A DNA stretch of 32,364 bases from Candidatus Uhrbacteria bacterium RIFOXYB2_FULL_45_11 (GTDB taxonomy: Bacteria; Patescibacteriota; Patescibacteriia; UBA9934; GWF2-40-263): NCBI GenBank assembly GCA_001791715.1, contig MGFD01000030.1, positions 9,246 to 41,609 of the forward strand. Direction: 5' to 3'. Under the pieces are notes generated by a model, which saw nothing but the letters and a program-made list of their open reading frames with translations, did not search any database and was not told the DNA's origin. Positions 19,259 through 27,279 of the stretch are shown piece by piece (position 1 is the first letter of the stretch; each line of letters begins with the position of its first letter). Position numbers and translations under genes: made by a program.

Positions 19259-20506
19259 TTACTTCAACTTAATAAGCTTAAGCTGTCCGGAAAAGGCGTC
19301 TGTGTAATATAAGGAGGAACCGTCTGCGCTTACGGAAAGATTTGACATGGTTGTGTCTCTTTCTGGAATGGCGACAACTTCGTTGCGACCGTTTGTGAGA
19401 TTGAGTTTATAAAGCGTGTCCGGACGGTTTTCATAAAGGGTTCTTTGTAATCCGGCATTGCTTGGAAGGTTTTGCGGTACGGCACAGTAGACAATTGTTT
19501 CTGAACTCCATGTACATTTATCAACCCATGTATTGATGCCAAGGCTGTGTCGATTTTCTCCCATACTTGCCGATGTTCCGTTCACAAGCCACAAGAGTGG
19601 CTTGCCTTGTGAATAATCGCCATAAACGGAATAGAGAATCGTTTTTCCGCTCGGGGACCAGGAAGGGGAAAAACCAAATCCCTCTACCACAAGTCCTTTG
19701 AAATTTTCTTGATTTTTTCCAACCGGATAAATCACCTTTGTATCAAATCCAGATGTGCTGTTGTTTCCGACAATGGATGACGTGTCGGCAAAGGCGATCA
19801 CTTGATCGTTTGGAGACCAGCTGACATCTACCTTGTCCGCATTTTCTCCGAGGGCCTGAACGGAAGTGACGTTTGAACCGTTGTCGTTTGAAAGTACGAG
19901 CCAGCGATTGTTTGGATCGAGCGCAAGGCTTTTTGCGATCAAGTTATCTGATGACGGAGAAAATTCTACGTCTTCCCAGTGTTTTGGAAGCGTGACTTGT
20001 GATTGTGTTTGAAAATTGTAAACGATTTTTGAATCATCCGGAAAAACCATGACTGCTTTTTCTGCATCGCGATTCCATTCAACACTTTGAACGTTTGGAA
20101 ATGTTTGATTTGAAAGTTTTACGATATTTCCATCTTTATCGATGGTATAAAAAAATCCATCATCTTCATTATAAAAATTGATTTTGTTTCCGTCTTTGCT
20201 CAGTGTTGTATTTTGAACCGGGGCTGATGTGAGCGTGATGGTTTTTGTGATTCCTCCATCAGCAATACTTGCAGCCTCTGGAAGCGTACCGTCATTTGTT
20301 GTACTTAATCCGTTTCCTGATCCAGGAGTTCCGTCAAGAGAAGGGGTAAGAGAACCTGTTGGGGTCTCTGTTGTTGAGACGGGTTCGCCGTTAGACGTTG
20401 TGCTTGGACTTTCCGTAAAAAAGACAATATACATGGCAAGACCAATCACAATGACGGACCCAATGAACCCAATGATGAGTAAGATGCGTTTTGGACGTTC
20501 TTGCAT
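19259..20506 (-). CDS. TolB-like PD40 beta-propeller repeat protein with an N-terminal TM anchor
   Basis: WSPNDQVIAF, WSPSGKTILY and FSPSSDNLIA repeats; an N-terminal hydrophobic helix. Confidence 0.7.
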   Translation of the reverse strand: MQERPKRILLIIGFIGSVIVIGLAMYIVFFTESPSTTSNGEPVSTTETPTGSLTPSLDGTPGSGNGLSTTNDGTLPEAASIADGGITKTITLTSAPVQNTTLSKDGNKINFYNEDDGFFYTIDKDGNIVKLSNQTFPNVQSVEWNRDAEKAVMVFPDDSKIVYNFQTQSQVTLPKHWEDVEFSPSSDNLIAKSLALDPNNRWLVLSNDNGSNVTSVQALGENADKVDVSWSPNDQVIAFADTSSIVGNNSTSGFDTKVIYPVGKNQENFKGLVVEGFGFSPSWSPSGKTILYSVYGDYSQGKPLLWLVNGTSASMGENRHSLGINTWVDKCTWSSETIVYCAVPQNLPSNAGLQRTLYENRPDTLYKLNLTNGRNEVVAIPERDTTMSNLSVSADGSSLYYTDAFSGQLKLIKLK

Positions 20507-20565
20507 ATGTGTAAGGGCGGGTCTTGTGCCCGTCCTGTTTCGTTATAAGGAAAAAACGTGAAGGA

Positions 20566-21471
20566 TCAAAATAATTTGCTGATCCCGAAGCCAACAAGAA
20601 GCGCTGGAGAAGCCATGAGAAGAAGCATCAAAACTTGAACGGCAAACAGGATAACAACAATGGTAATGACAATGAGATCGGCCATGATGACCATTCCTTG
20701 GAGGATGATTCCATTTTTATCAATGGGCATTGGGATCGGATCCCAAGAGAGTCTGCCAATGACAGGATCTTTTCCTTTTTTGAGCCATGTTCCATACACC
20801 ATTTCTACGTTGAGCCAACCTAGGCTGAGCAGGTGAATAAAAATGGTGACAACAAGACCAGCTCCTCCTGTTCCTAAATCAAGGGCCGTTGAAATAAAAT
20901 TTGCTCCTGCATTTGCGGCTTTTGGAACCATTTTTTTGGCTGCTTGTTTGGCAGCATCTTGTGCGGCTCTTGTTGCATCGGCTTGTTGTGCGCGCGCATT
21001 GTCATTTTGTGGAAGATCCGCCGCATCTATGAGTGCGCCTTTAATGCGCACAAGCTGCATGAACGACTGAAAAGAAACTCGTCGTTGCTCTTCTTGTTCT
21101 TCTTCCTCTTGATCCTCGTCCTCATTTTCTTGCGCGCGTGCCGCCTGTGCGGGTTGTCTGAGTGGATTTTGTGCTTGTAATTGATTCGTTCGTAATGTGG
21201 ATTGCCTTTGTAGGGGAGACTGCATGGGTGCTCTTGGGGTTTGCGATGATCCTGTGCGCATGATTTGATCGATGTTTGATTCACGATTCATGCCAGGAAT
21301 ACGATTTTGAGCGAAGACACTTTTACGTTCCGCAATACTGCGTGTCTCTTGCGAGGTTGTACTTCCTGCAGACTTAATCATTTGCCCACCAGCTTTGGCG
21401 ACACCTTGTGTGAGTTTTGCGGCGCCCTGTCCCATTTTGACAGCGCCTTGTGCGACAGCTTGTAAGGCCAT
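20566..21471 (-). CDS. hypothetical low-complexity protein (Gln/Ala-rich, acidic stretch) with C-terminal TM helices
   Basis: 301 aa. The start lies 2 nt after the clpC stop. Contains ENEDEDQEEEEQEEQ and a hydrophobic C-terminal third. Confidence 0.55.
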   Translation of the reverse strand: MALQAVAQGAVKMGQGAAKLTQGVAKAGGQMIKSAGSTTSQETRSIAERKSVFAQNRIPGMNRESNIDQIMRTGSSQTPRAPMQSPLQRQSTLRTNQLQAQNPLRQPAQAARAQENEDEDQEEEEQEEQRRVSFQSFMQLVRIKGALIDAADLPQNDNARAQQADATRAAQDAAKQAAKKMVPKAANAGANFISTALDLGTGGAGLVVTIFIHLLSLGWLNVEMVYGTWLKKGKDPVIGRLSWDPIPMPIDKNGIILQGMVIMADLIVITIVVILFAVQVLMLLLMASPALLVGFGISKLF

Positions 21472-21473
21472 GT

Positions 21474-23951
21474 TTATTTTGATTTACGAATCGCGAGTTG
21501 TTTTTTCTCGATCGTAAGGGTGAATTTTTTGTTTTTTTCTTGTTTCAGCAGTCGTTCTGCGAGAATGGATTCCACGTGTGTCTGGATGAGTTGTCGGACA
21601 GAACGCGCGCCGGATTTTGGATCGAGTTTTTCAATCAAGTGGCGCGTGACAACATCCGGAATGGAAAGATGCACACCTTGTTCCATCATGCGGGTGGAGA
21701 ATTCATCTAATTGTTTGCGACAGATTTCGGACAGCACTTCATTCGACAATGGATTGAAGACACAGGTGTGATCAATACGATTCAACAGTTCTGGGCGGAA
21801 ACGTTCTTTGAGTTCTGTCTCGATGTCGCTCGACAAACGCTTCGAAGTCTCAACATCTCCTCCCGAAAAACCAATGCCGCCAGATTCGAATCGTTCAAGT
21901 CCGACGTTCGATGTGAGAATCACAATCGTGTTTCTAAAGTTTACCATTTTTCCGCTTGCGTCACATAGTTCTCCTTCTTCTAAAATTTGCAAAAGCAAAT
22001 TTTGCACATCACGGTGTGCTTTTTCAATCTCATCAAATAAAACGACGGCGTACGGTTTTTGTCGAACGCGATCCGTCAGATTCGCTTGTTCTTTGTAGCC
22101 GATGTATCCCGCCGGCGCACCGATCAACTTTGACATGGTGAAGCCTTCCGAATATTCCGACATGTCGAGGCGGATGAGGTGTTTGGATGTGTGGAAGAAT
22201 TGTTGAGCGATTCCGCGAGCAAGTTCTGTTTTTCCAACACCGGATGGGCCGAGGAATAAGAACGATGCAAGGGGACGCGCCGGATGCGCAACGCCCGTCT
22301 TTGCGCGCTTAAGCGCGTTTGCAACACGAGCAACAACCTCGGTTTGTCCAAGAACATGAGAAGCAAGTTTTGTTTCAATGTCCGCAAAGCTGGATTGATC
22401 TTTTGCGAGCAGATCATTGAGTGGAATGCGCAGCATGCGTGAGATTACGCGTGCGACATCTTCGTGATCAATCACGAGTCCGCTTGTTTCTTCTGTGGCG
22501 AAGGTGTGTGCTTTCAGTTCGCTCTGAAGGAGTTCTTCTGTTGCTTTGAGGTGCACTGCGTCCAAAAAACGTTCTTCAATCACCGCTTGTCGTTTGTCGT
22601 TCTTTAAAAGTTCGATTTGTTTTTCGATTGCTTTACGCTTTTCCTGTGGGCGCAGTTCCGTTGCGTGAATGCGTGCGGATGCGGCGGCTTCATCTAAAAG
22701 ATCAATCGCTTTGTCTGGGAGTCGGCGATCTGTGAGATATCGAGTTGAGAGTTTTACTGCATGTTCAATGGCGGCAGGTGCGATGCGTACTCCGTGAAAC
22801 GATTCGTAATGCGGCGCGATACCTTGAAGAATTTCGATGGCTGCTTCAACGGTTGGTTCTTCGACGGTGACAGTTTGAAAACGTCGTTCAAGTGCGCTGT
22901 CGGATTCAATATGTTTTTTATATTCCGCCTGCGTGGTTGCGCCAATACAATGAATGTCACCGCGTGCGAGGGCGGGTTTTAAAATGTTTGCGGCGTCCAT
23001 GGATCCGGAGGCTGCACCTGCGCCGACGATGGTGTGTAATTCATCGATAAATAAAATAACATCATCGGATTTACTTGCTTCGTCGATGAGTTGTCGCAAG
23101 CGTCCTTCAAATTCACCGCGATACATGGTTCCGGCGACGAGGAGCGCGAGGTCAAGTGCGAATACACGTTTGTTTTGGAGAAGGGGAGGAACCGTTCCTT
23201 CAAAAATACTTTTTGCAAGACCTTCAACAACGGCAGTCTTTCCAACACCCGGTTCGCCGACTAACAATGGATTATTTTTTGTACGGCGACACAAGATTTC
23301 CATCACGCGTTCAATCTCGGCTTCGCGCCCAATCACCGGATCGATCTTCTTTTGCATTTCGGGAGACGTAAGCTCTCTGGAAAAATAGGAGAGTGCTTGG
23401 AATTTTTCTGGTGGTTTTTCTTCTGGTGTTGCGGTTGCGATTTCTTGAAGCAGTCCGAGTTCGTCGGGTTTCATGACTTCTGTCATTTCTGGAAACTTGG
23501 AAGTATTTTTAAGAACAAGAGAGAGCTGTTCACGCAAATATTTTAAATCGATGTTTTGATCTTTCAGAAACGTCAAAATAGACGGAAGTTCAATCTGCGC
23601 GAGTCCAGAGAGCAAGTGTTCTGTGCCAATGTAGCGGTGGCCGTAAATGTTTGCGGTGAGAACGGCTTTTTCAACTGCGCGTTTTGCGTCATCGGATAAA
23701 TGAAGAATCATTCCGTCTGCGGTTGCAGGGAGTGTTTCTGTGACACGAATACTTCCGGCGATTTTTTTAAAATCCGCTTGTTGCATTCCTACCTTTTTTA
23801 AAATCTCTGCAGCGATACATCCTTTTTGCGTGCCAAGCGCCCAAAGCAAATGTTCCGGCAAAATGACCTGTTCATCTGTTTCAACCGCAAAACACAGCGC
23901 TCGCGTGAGCACTGTTTTCAAGTTCGAGGAAAATTTGTCGATAATGTCCAT
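21474..23951 (-). CDS. clpC: Clp ATPase, ClpC-type (two AAA+ modules, Clp_N repeat, short middle domain)
   Basis: GEPGVGKTAV and GPSGVGKTEL Walker A motifs. 825 aa, ClpC-like rather than ClpB-like in length. Confidence 0.85.
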   Translation of the reverse strand: MDIIDKFSSNLKTVLTRALCFAVETDEQVILPEHLLWALGTQKGCIAAEILKKVGMQQADFKKIAGSIRVTETLPATADGMILHLSDDAKRAVEKAVLTANIYGHRYIGTEHLLSGLAQIELPSILTFLKDQNIDLKYLREQLSLVLKNTSKFPEMTEVMKPDELGLLQEIATATPEEKPPEKFQALSYFSRELTSPEMQKKIDPVIGREAEIERVMEILCRRTKNNPLLVGEPGVGKTAVVEGLAKSIFEGTVPPLLQNKRVFALDLALLVAGTMYRGEFEGRLRQLIDEASKSDDVILFIDELHTIVGAGAASGSMDAANILKPALARGDIHCIGATTQAEYKKHIESDSALERRFQTVTVEEPTVEAAIEILQGIAPHYESFHGVRIAPAAIEHAVKLSTRYLTDRRLPDKAIDLLDEAAASARIHATELRPQEKRKAIEKQIELLKNDKRQAVIEERFLDAVHLKATEELLQSELKAHTFATEETSGLVIDHEDVARVISRMLRIPLNDLLAKDQSSFADIETKLASHVLGQTEVVARVANALKRAKTGVAHPARPLASFLFLGPSGVGKTELARGIAQQFFHTSKHLIRLDMSEYSEGFTMSKLIGAPAGYIGYKEQANLTDRVRQKPYAVVLFDEIEKAHRDVQNLLLQILEEGELCDASGKMVNFRNTIVILTSNVGLERFESGGIGFSGGDVETSKRLSSDIETELKERFRPELLNRIDHTCVFNPLSNEVLSEICRKQLDEFSTRMMEQGVHLSIPDVVTRHLIEKLDPKSGARSVRQLIQTHVESILAERLLKQEKNKKFTLTIEKKQLAIRKSK

Positions 23952-23967
23952 AAAGGTGGAAATATTG

Positions 23968-24070
23968 GTAGATACGGATTACAGATGAATACAGATAGGG
24001 ATGACGTATCTGAAAAACGTTTTTCGGAACCGAATATCTCCATCTGTATTCATCTGTAATCCGTATCTAC
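23968..24070 (-). repeat. intercistronic element H3: perfect 29-bp inverted repeat between htpX and clpC
   Basis: gtagatacggattacagatgaatacagat (23968-23996) pairs with its exact complement at 24042-24070. The 45-nt spacer holds the 14-nt palindrome gaaaaacgtttttc (24012-24025). Confidence 0.9.
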
Positions 24071-24076
24071 ACACGT

Positions 24077-24973
24077 TTACAAACCAGCTTTCTTTAATCT
24101 CGCGATACGTTCTTCGATTGGTGGATGAGTGCTGAACATCTGTTCAAACTTTTTTGTGACGTGTGGGTCGAATGGATTTGCGAGGAAGAGGTGGGCTGTT
24201 GCGTGGTTTGCTTTTGACATGGGTTGGTCTTGTACGCTGATTTTTTCGAGTGCGCGAATGAGTCCATCTGGATAACGTGTGAGCAAACATCCGGATGCGT
24301 CTGCGAGATATTCGCGTTGGCGTGAAACCGCGAGTTTGATAAGTTGGGCAAAAATAGGGGAGAGAATCGCAAGCACGATTCCAACGATCAGGATGATTCC
24401 CGCACTACTGTTGTTGTCATTGTCTCGAGAGCCGCGGCCAAAGAAAAACGATCGTGTCATCATGTCAGATAAAAGCAAGACGACTCCGACAAGAACAACC
24501 ACAATGGTCATGACGCGAATATCGTAATTTCCAATGTGTGAGAGTTCATGCGCAAGAACACCTTCCAATTCTTGTCGATCGAGCGCTTGAAGGAGTCCGG
24601 TTGTGACGGCGACCGACGCGTGTTTTGGATCTCGGCCTGTTGCAAAGGCGTTCATGGCAGAGTCTTGGATCACGTAAATTTTTGGGGTTGGGAGTCCGGC
24701 GGTAATCGCGAGATTCTCGACGAGTCGAAACAGTTCTGGGTTATCTTGTTTTTCGATCGGTTTTGCACCAGACGCGGCAAGCGCAACAGAATCACCTTGA
24801 AAATATCCAACAAGCGTCATGACGGTGGAAATAATCACGGCAAGAAAAATGCCAGAAAAGGCATCACCCATCCAAAGACCAAATGCATAGCCGAGCAAAA
24901 TAATCACGACCGAGAAGAGTGAGATCAGAAACCAGGTTTTGTATTTGTTCGCAGAGATTTGGTCGTAGAGCAT
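24077..24973 (-). CDS. htpX: zinc metalloprotease HtpX
   Basis: VLAHELSHIGN (HExxH), four TM segments and C-terminal STHPPIEERIARL. Confidence 0.9.
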   Translation of the reverse strand: MLYDQISANKYKTWFLISLFSVVIILLGYAFGLWMGDAFSGIFLAVIISTVMTLVGYFQGDSVALAASGAKPIEKQDNPELFRLVENLAITAGLPTPKIYVIQDSAMNAFATGRDPKHASVAVTTGLLQALDRQELEGVLAHELSHIGNYDIRVMTIVVVLVGVVLLLSDMMTRSFFFGRGSRDNDNNSSAGIILIVGIVLAILSPIFAQLIKLAVSRQREYLADASGCLLTRYPDGLIRALEKISVQDQPMSKANHATAHLFLANPFDPHVTKKFEQMFSTHPPIEERIARLKKAGL

Positions 24974-25081
24974 AGGGGGAAGTAGAAAGTAGAGAGTAGA
25001 AAGTAGAGAGGAGATAGAAACGTTTTTTAAAATAGCTGCACCAACTAAAACCTTTCTACTTTCTACTTTTCCCTTTCTACT
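24974..25081 (-). repeat. intercistronic element H4: GTAGARA heptamer arrays in inverted orientation, filling the lemA-htpX spacer
   Basis: cat|AGGGGGA|AGTAGAA|AGTAGAG|AGTAGAA|AGTAGAG|AGG. The 31-nt arms at 24981-25011 and 25051-25081 pair at 26 of 31 positions. The spacer contains GAAACGTTTTTT. Confidence 0.85.
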
Positions 25082-25084
25082 TTT

Positions 25085-25636
25085 TTAAAACTTTACTTCT
25101 GGAACCACTTTTTCTGCTTCGTCCATGTCAAAAAATTCTTTTGCGGTAAAGGCAAATGTTCCGGCGATCATGTTGACCGGGAAGGATTGTAAACGTGTGT
25201 TATATTCACGAACGTTTCCGTTGTAAAAGCGACGTGAAGCTTGGATTTTGTCTTCCGCGTCGCGGAGTTCGTGTTGGAGTTGCAAAAAGTTTTGTGAGGC
25301 TTGAAGAGCTGGGTAGCTTTCTGAAACCGCAAACAAAGACTTGAGAGTGCTTGTCAGTACGCCTTCAGCTTGTGCATGTTCTGGAAGCGTGTGCGCGCCC
25401 ATGGCCGCGGAGCGAGCTTTTGTCACGTTTTCAAAGACGCTTGATTCGTGTGAAGCGTATCCTTTTACGGCATTCACCAAGTTTGGAATCAGATCATAAC
25501 GGCGCTTCATTTGAACTTCAATGTCAGACCACGCTTCGTCTACACGGTTTCTGAGCGTGATAAGACCGTTATATGATAAGATGAGCCAGAGTCCGACGAG
25601 GGCGAGAACAATGATAACGATCCAAAGGGTAGACAT
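25085..25636 (-). CDS. lemA: LemA family protein
   Basis: N-terminal TM, then YNGLITLRNRVDEAWSDIEVQMKRRYDLIPNLV..., typical of LemA. Confidence 0.9.
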   Translation of the reverse strand: MSTLWIVIIVLALVGLWLILSYNGLITLRNRVDEAWSDIEVQMKRRYDLIPNLVNAVKGYASHESSVFENVTKARSAAMGAHTLPEHAQAEGVLTSTLKSLFAVSESYPALQASQNFLQLQHELRDAEDKIQASRRFYNGNVREYNTRLQSFPVNMIAGTFAFTAKEFFDMDEAEKVVPEVKF

Positions 25637-25743
25637 AGGGGAATGTTGGAAAGGTTTGAAATGTCGGAAAGGTCGGAAAGGAAACGTTGTAAAAACGTTT
25701 TGGATTACCTTTCAAACATTTCAGACCTTTCCGACCTTTCAGA
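25637..25743 (-). repeat. leader element H5: four plus four inverted 9-nt units (TCGGAAAGG family), abutting the lemA ATG
   Basis: AGGGGAATG|TTGGAAAGG|TTTGAAATG|TCGGAAAGG|TCGGAAAGG, then a 26-nt spacer (AAACGTT-GTAAA-AACGTTT), then CCTTTCAAA|CATTTCAGA|CCTTTCCGA|CCTTTCAGA. Confidence 0.85.
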
Positions 25744-25760
25744 CTAAGTATTACGTTTAA

Positions 25761-25789
25761 ATTCTACGAAATTTACAAGCTTTCGTCAA
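25761..25789 (-). promoter_or_regulatory. sigma70-like promoter for lemA (TTGACG-17 nt-TAGAAT)
   Basis: Minus strand: TTGACG (25789-25784), a 17-nt spacer, TAGAAT (25766-25761). It places H5 inside the transcribed leader. Confidence 0.5.
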
Positions 25790-25794
25790 AAAAT

Positions 25795-27138
25795 ATGGAG
25801 ATACCAAAACACATTTTTCGTGCCTATGATATTCGCGGACTTCTCGCTGAAGTGACGCCTGATATTGCTCGCGTAGTCGGGATGGCGCTTGTTTCAAAAA
25901 CAGGGGCAAAAACCGTGATTGTCGGGCGCGATATGCGTGCAACGAGTCCAGAGCTTGAGCAAGCGGCGATCGAAGGAATTACGTCGATGGGCGCAAACGT
26001 CATCGCAATCGGACTTTGCAGTACATCGATGTTCAATTTTGCGGTTTCAAGCCAAGAACATATTGACGCTGGCATCATGATCACCGCCTCACACAACCCA
26101 CCAGAATTTAATGGAATGAAAATGGCACTCGCAAGCGGATTGCCGATTTCTGGTCTTGAGATTCTTGAAGAGGTGGAGCGTTCCCCCTCTCCTTTCGAAG
26201 GAGAGGGCAGGGGAGAGGTGTCCCATCAAGATATTCTTGGTGCTTACATCGACAAATGTCTCGCTGTCGAGAACTTACCCGATCTCTCTGGAACAAAACT
26301 CGTTATCGACTACGGAAACGGCATGGGAGCAATGTCGGTTCGTGAACTTTGTAAGCGTCTGAAGATCGAAGTGGTCGAACTTTATCCAGAACCAGATGCA
26401 CGTTTTCCAAACCATGAAGCGAATCCGGCAAAAGAAGAAACACTCGCGGATGTGAAAGCGGCTGTTGTTCGAGAAGGCGCAGATTTCGGAATCGCCCTCG
26501 ATGGCGATGCAGATCGTGTAGGGTTTATCGACAATGAAGGAGTTTCGTTGCGCGGTGATCTTACGCTCGCGCTTCTCGCGAAAGAGACGCTCTCGAGAAA
26601 ACCTGGATCAAAAGTTGTTGTCGCACCAAATCAAAGTTGGACCACGTTTGATTCGATCACAGAAAACGGTGGCGTTCCTCTTGAATGTCGTATTGGTCGC
26701 AAATTTGTCGTCGAGGCGGTGCAAAAACAAGGTGCGGTTCTTGGTGGGGAGGTTTCGAGCCATTTCTTCTTTGAAGAATTCCATGGGCTTGAAGCCGTCG
26801 ATCATGCGATCGTTCGCATCTTGTCGATCTGGAAACAATCCGGACAATCATTCGCCGATCTCGTGCGTCCATATCGCGCATATACAAATAGTGGCGAGGT
26901 GAATATTGAAGTGCACAATAAAGAACAGGTTCTGAGCAAGCTCGAACAGTATGCGGGGACAGCATCGAAAGTGAATAAGCTCGATGGAATTCGCTGTGAA
27001 TTTGATCGTGACTGGTGGTTTATTGTGCGACCATCGAATACGGAGCCATTACTTCGATTGATTGTGGAAGCAAAGACGCCGGAACTGATGGTACAGAAAC
27101 GCGACGAATTGGTTGCTTTGATTCAGACGAACGGGTAA
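25795..27138 (+). CDS. phosphomannomutase/phosphoglucomutase (alpha-D-phosphohexomutase)
   Basis: GIMITASHNPPEFNGMKM active-site loop, DGDADR metal loop, GGEVSSH sugar loop. 447 aa. Confidence 0.85.
   Translation: MEIPKHIFRAYDIRGLLAEVTPDIARVVGMALVSKTGAKTVIVGRDMRATSPELEQAAIEGITSMGANVIAIGLCSTSMFNFAVSSQEHIDAGIMITASHNPPEFNGMKMALASGLPISGLEILEEVERSPSPFEGEGRGEVSHQDILGAYIDKCLAVENLPDLSGTKLVIDYGNGMGAMSVRELCKRLKIEVVELYPEPDARFPNHEANPAKEETLADVKAAVVREGADFGIALDGDADRVGFIDNEGVSLRGDLTLALLAKETLSRKPGSKVVVAPNQSWTTFDSITENGGVPLECRIGRKFVVEAVQKQGAVLGGEVSSHFFFEEFHGLEAVDHAIVRILSIWKQSGQSFADLVRPYRAYTNSGEVNIEVHNKEQVLSKLEQYAGTASKVNKLDGIRCEFDRDWWFIVRPSNTEPLLRLIVEAKTPELMVQKRDELVALIQTNG
26183..26220 (+). repeat. in-frame palindromic mini-element D within the phosphohexomutase gene
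   Basis: CCCCCTCTCCTT-TCG-AAGGAGAGGG-C-AGGGGAGAGGTG, translated as SPSPFEGEGRGEV. Same architecture as the recG copies. Confidence 0.8.
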
Positions 27139-27162
27139 TCTTTTATTGTTCTTGTTTATATT

Positions 27163-27272
27163 TGTCATCTTGAGCGACCGTTTTATGTCTAGTCGAAAGA
27201 TCTCGCGTTTACGTGAGATCCCTCGGCTGCGCTAAGAGGCTGCTTCGCAGTGCGCTCCGCTCGGGATGACAC
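27163..27272 (+). repeat. P2: GTCAT...ATGAC palindromic element directly upstream of tyrS
   Basis: It shares both ends and a 33-nt core with P1 and carries an extra 26-nt internal segment (aagaggctgcttcgcagtgcgctccg). It ends 8 nt before the tyrS ATG. Confidence 0.8.
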
Positions 27273-27279
27273 AAAATTT

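Noticed and set aside
23968-25743. Possible CRISPR array, given several repeat-containing intergenic blocks
   Set aside because: The repeats are inverted arrays of 7-9-nt units, differ between loci and are separated by whole genes. There is no series of identical 25-40-nt direct repeats with unique spacers, and no cas genes.
25521-25760. ORF encoding ...TFQTFQTFPTFQT... across the lemA leader. Similar ORFs lie at 18943..19242, 18976..19254 and 9427..9705.
   Set aside because: The periodic peptide simply mirrors the 9-nt or 7-nt DNA repeat units, and the ORFs overlap real genes or elements. They are not credible coding sequences.
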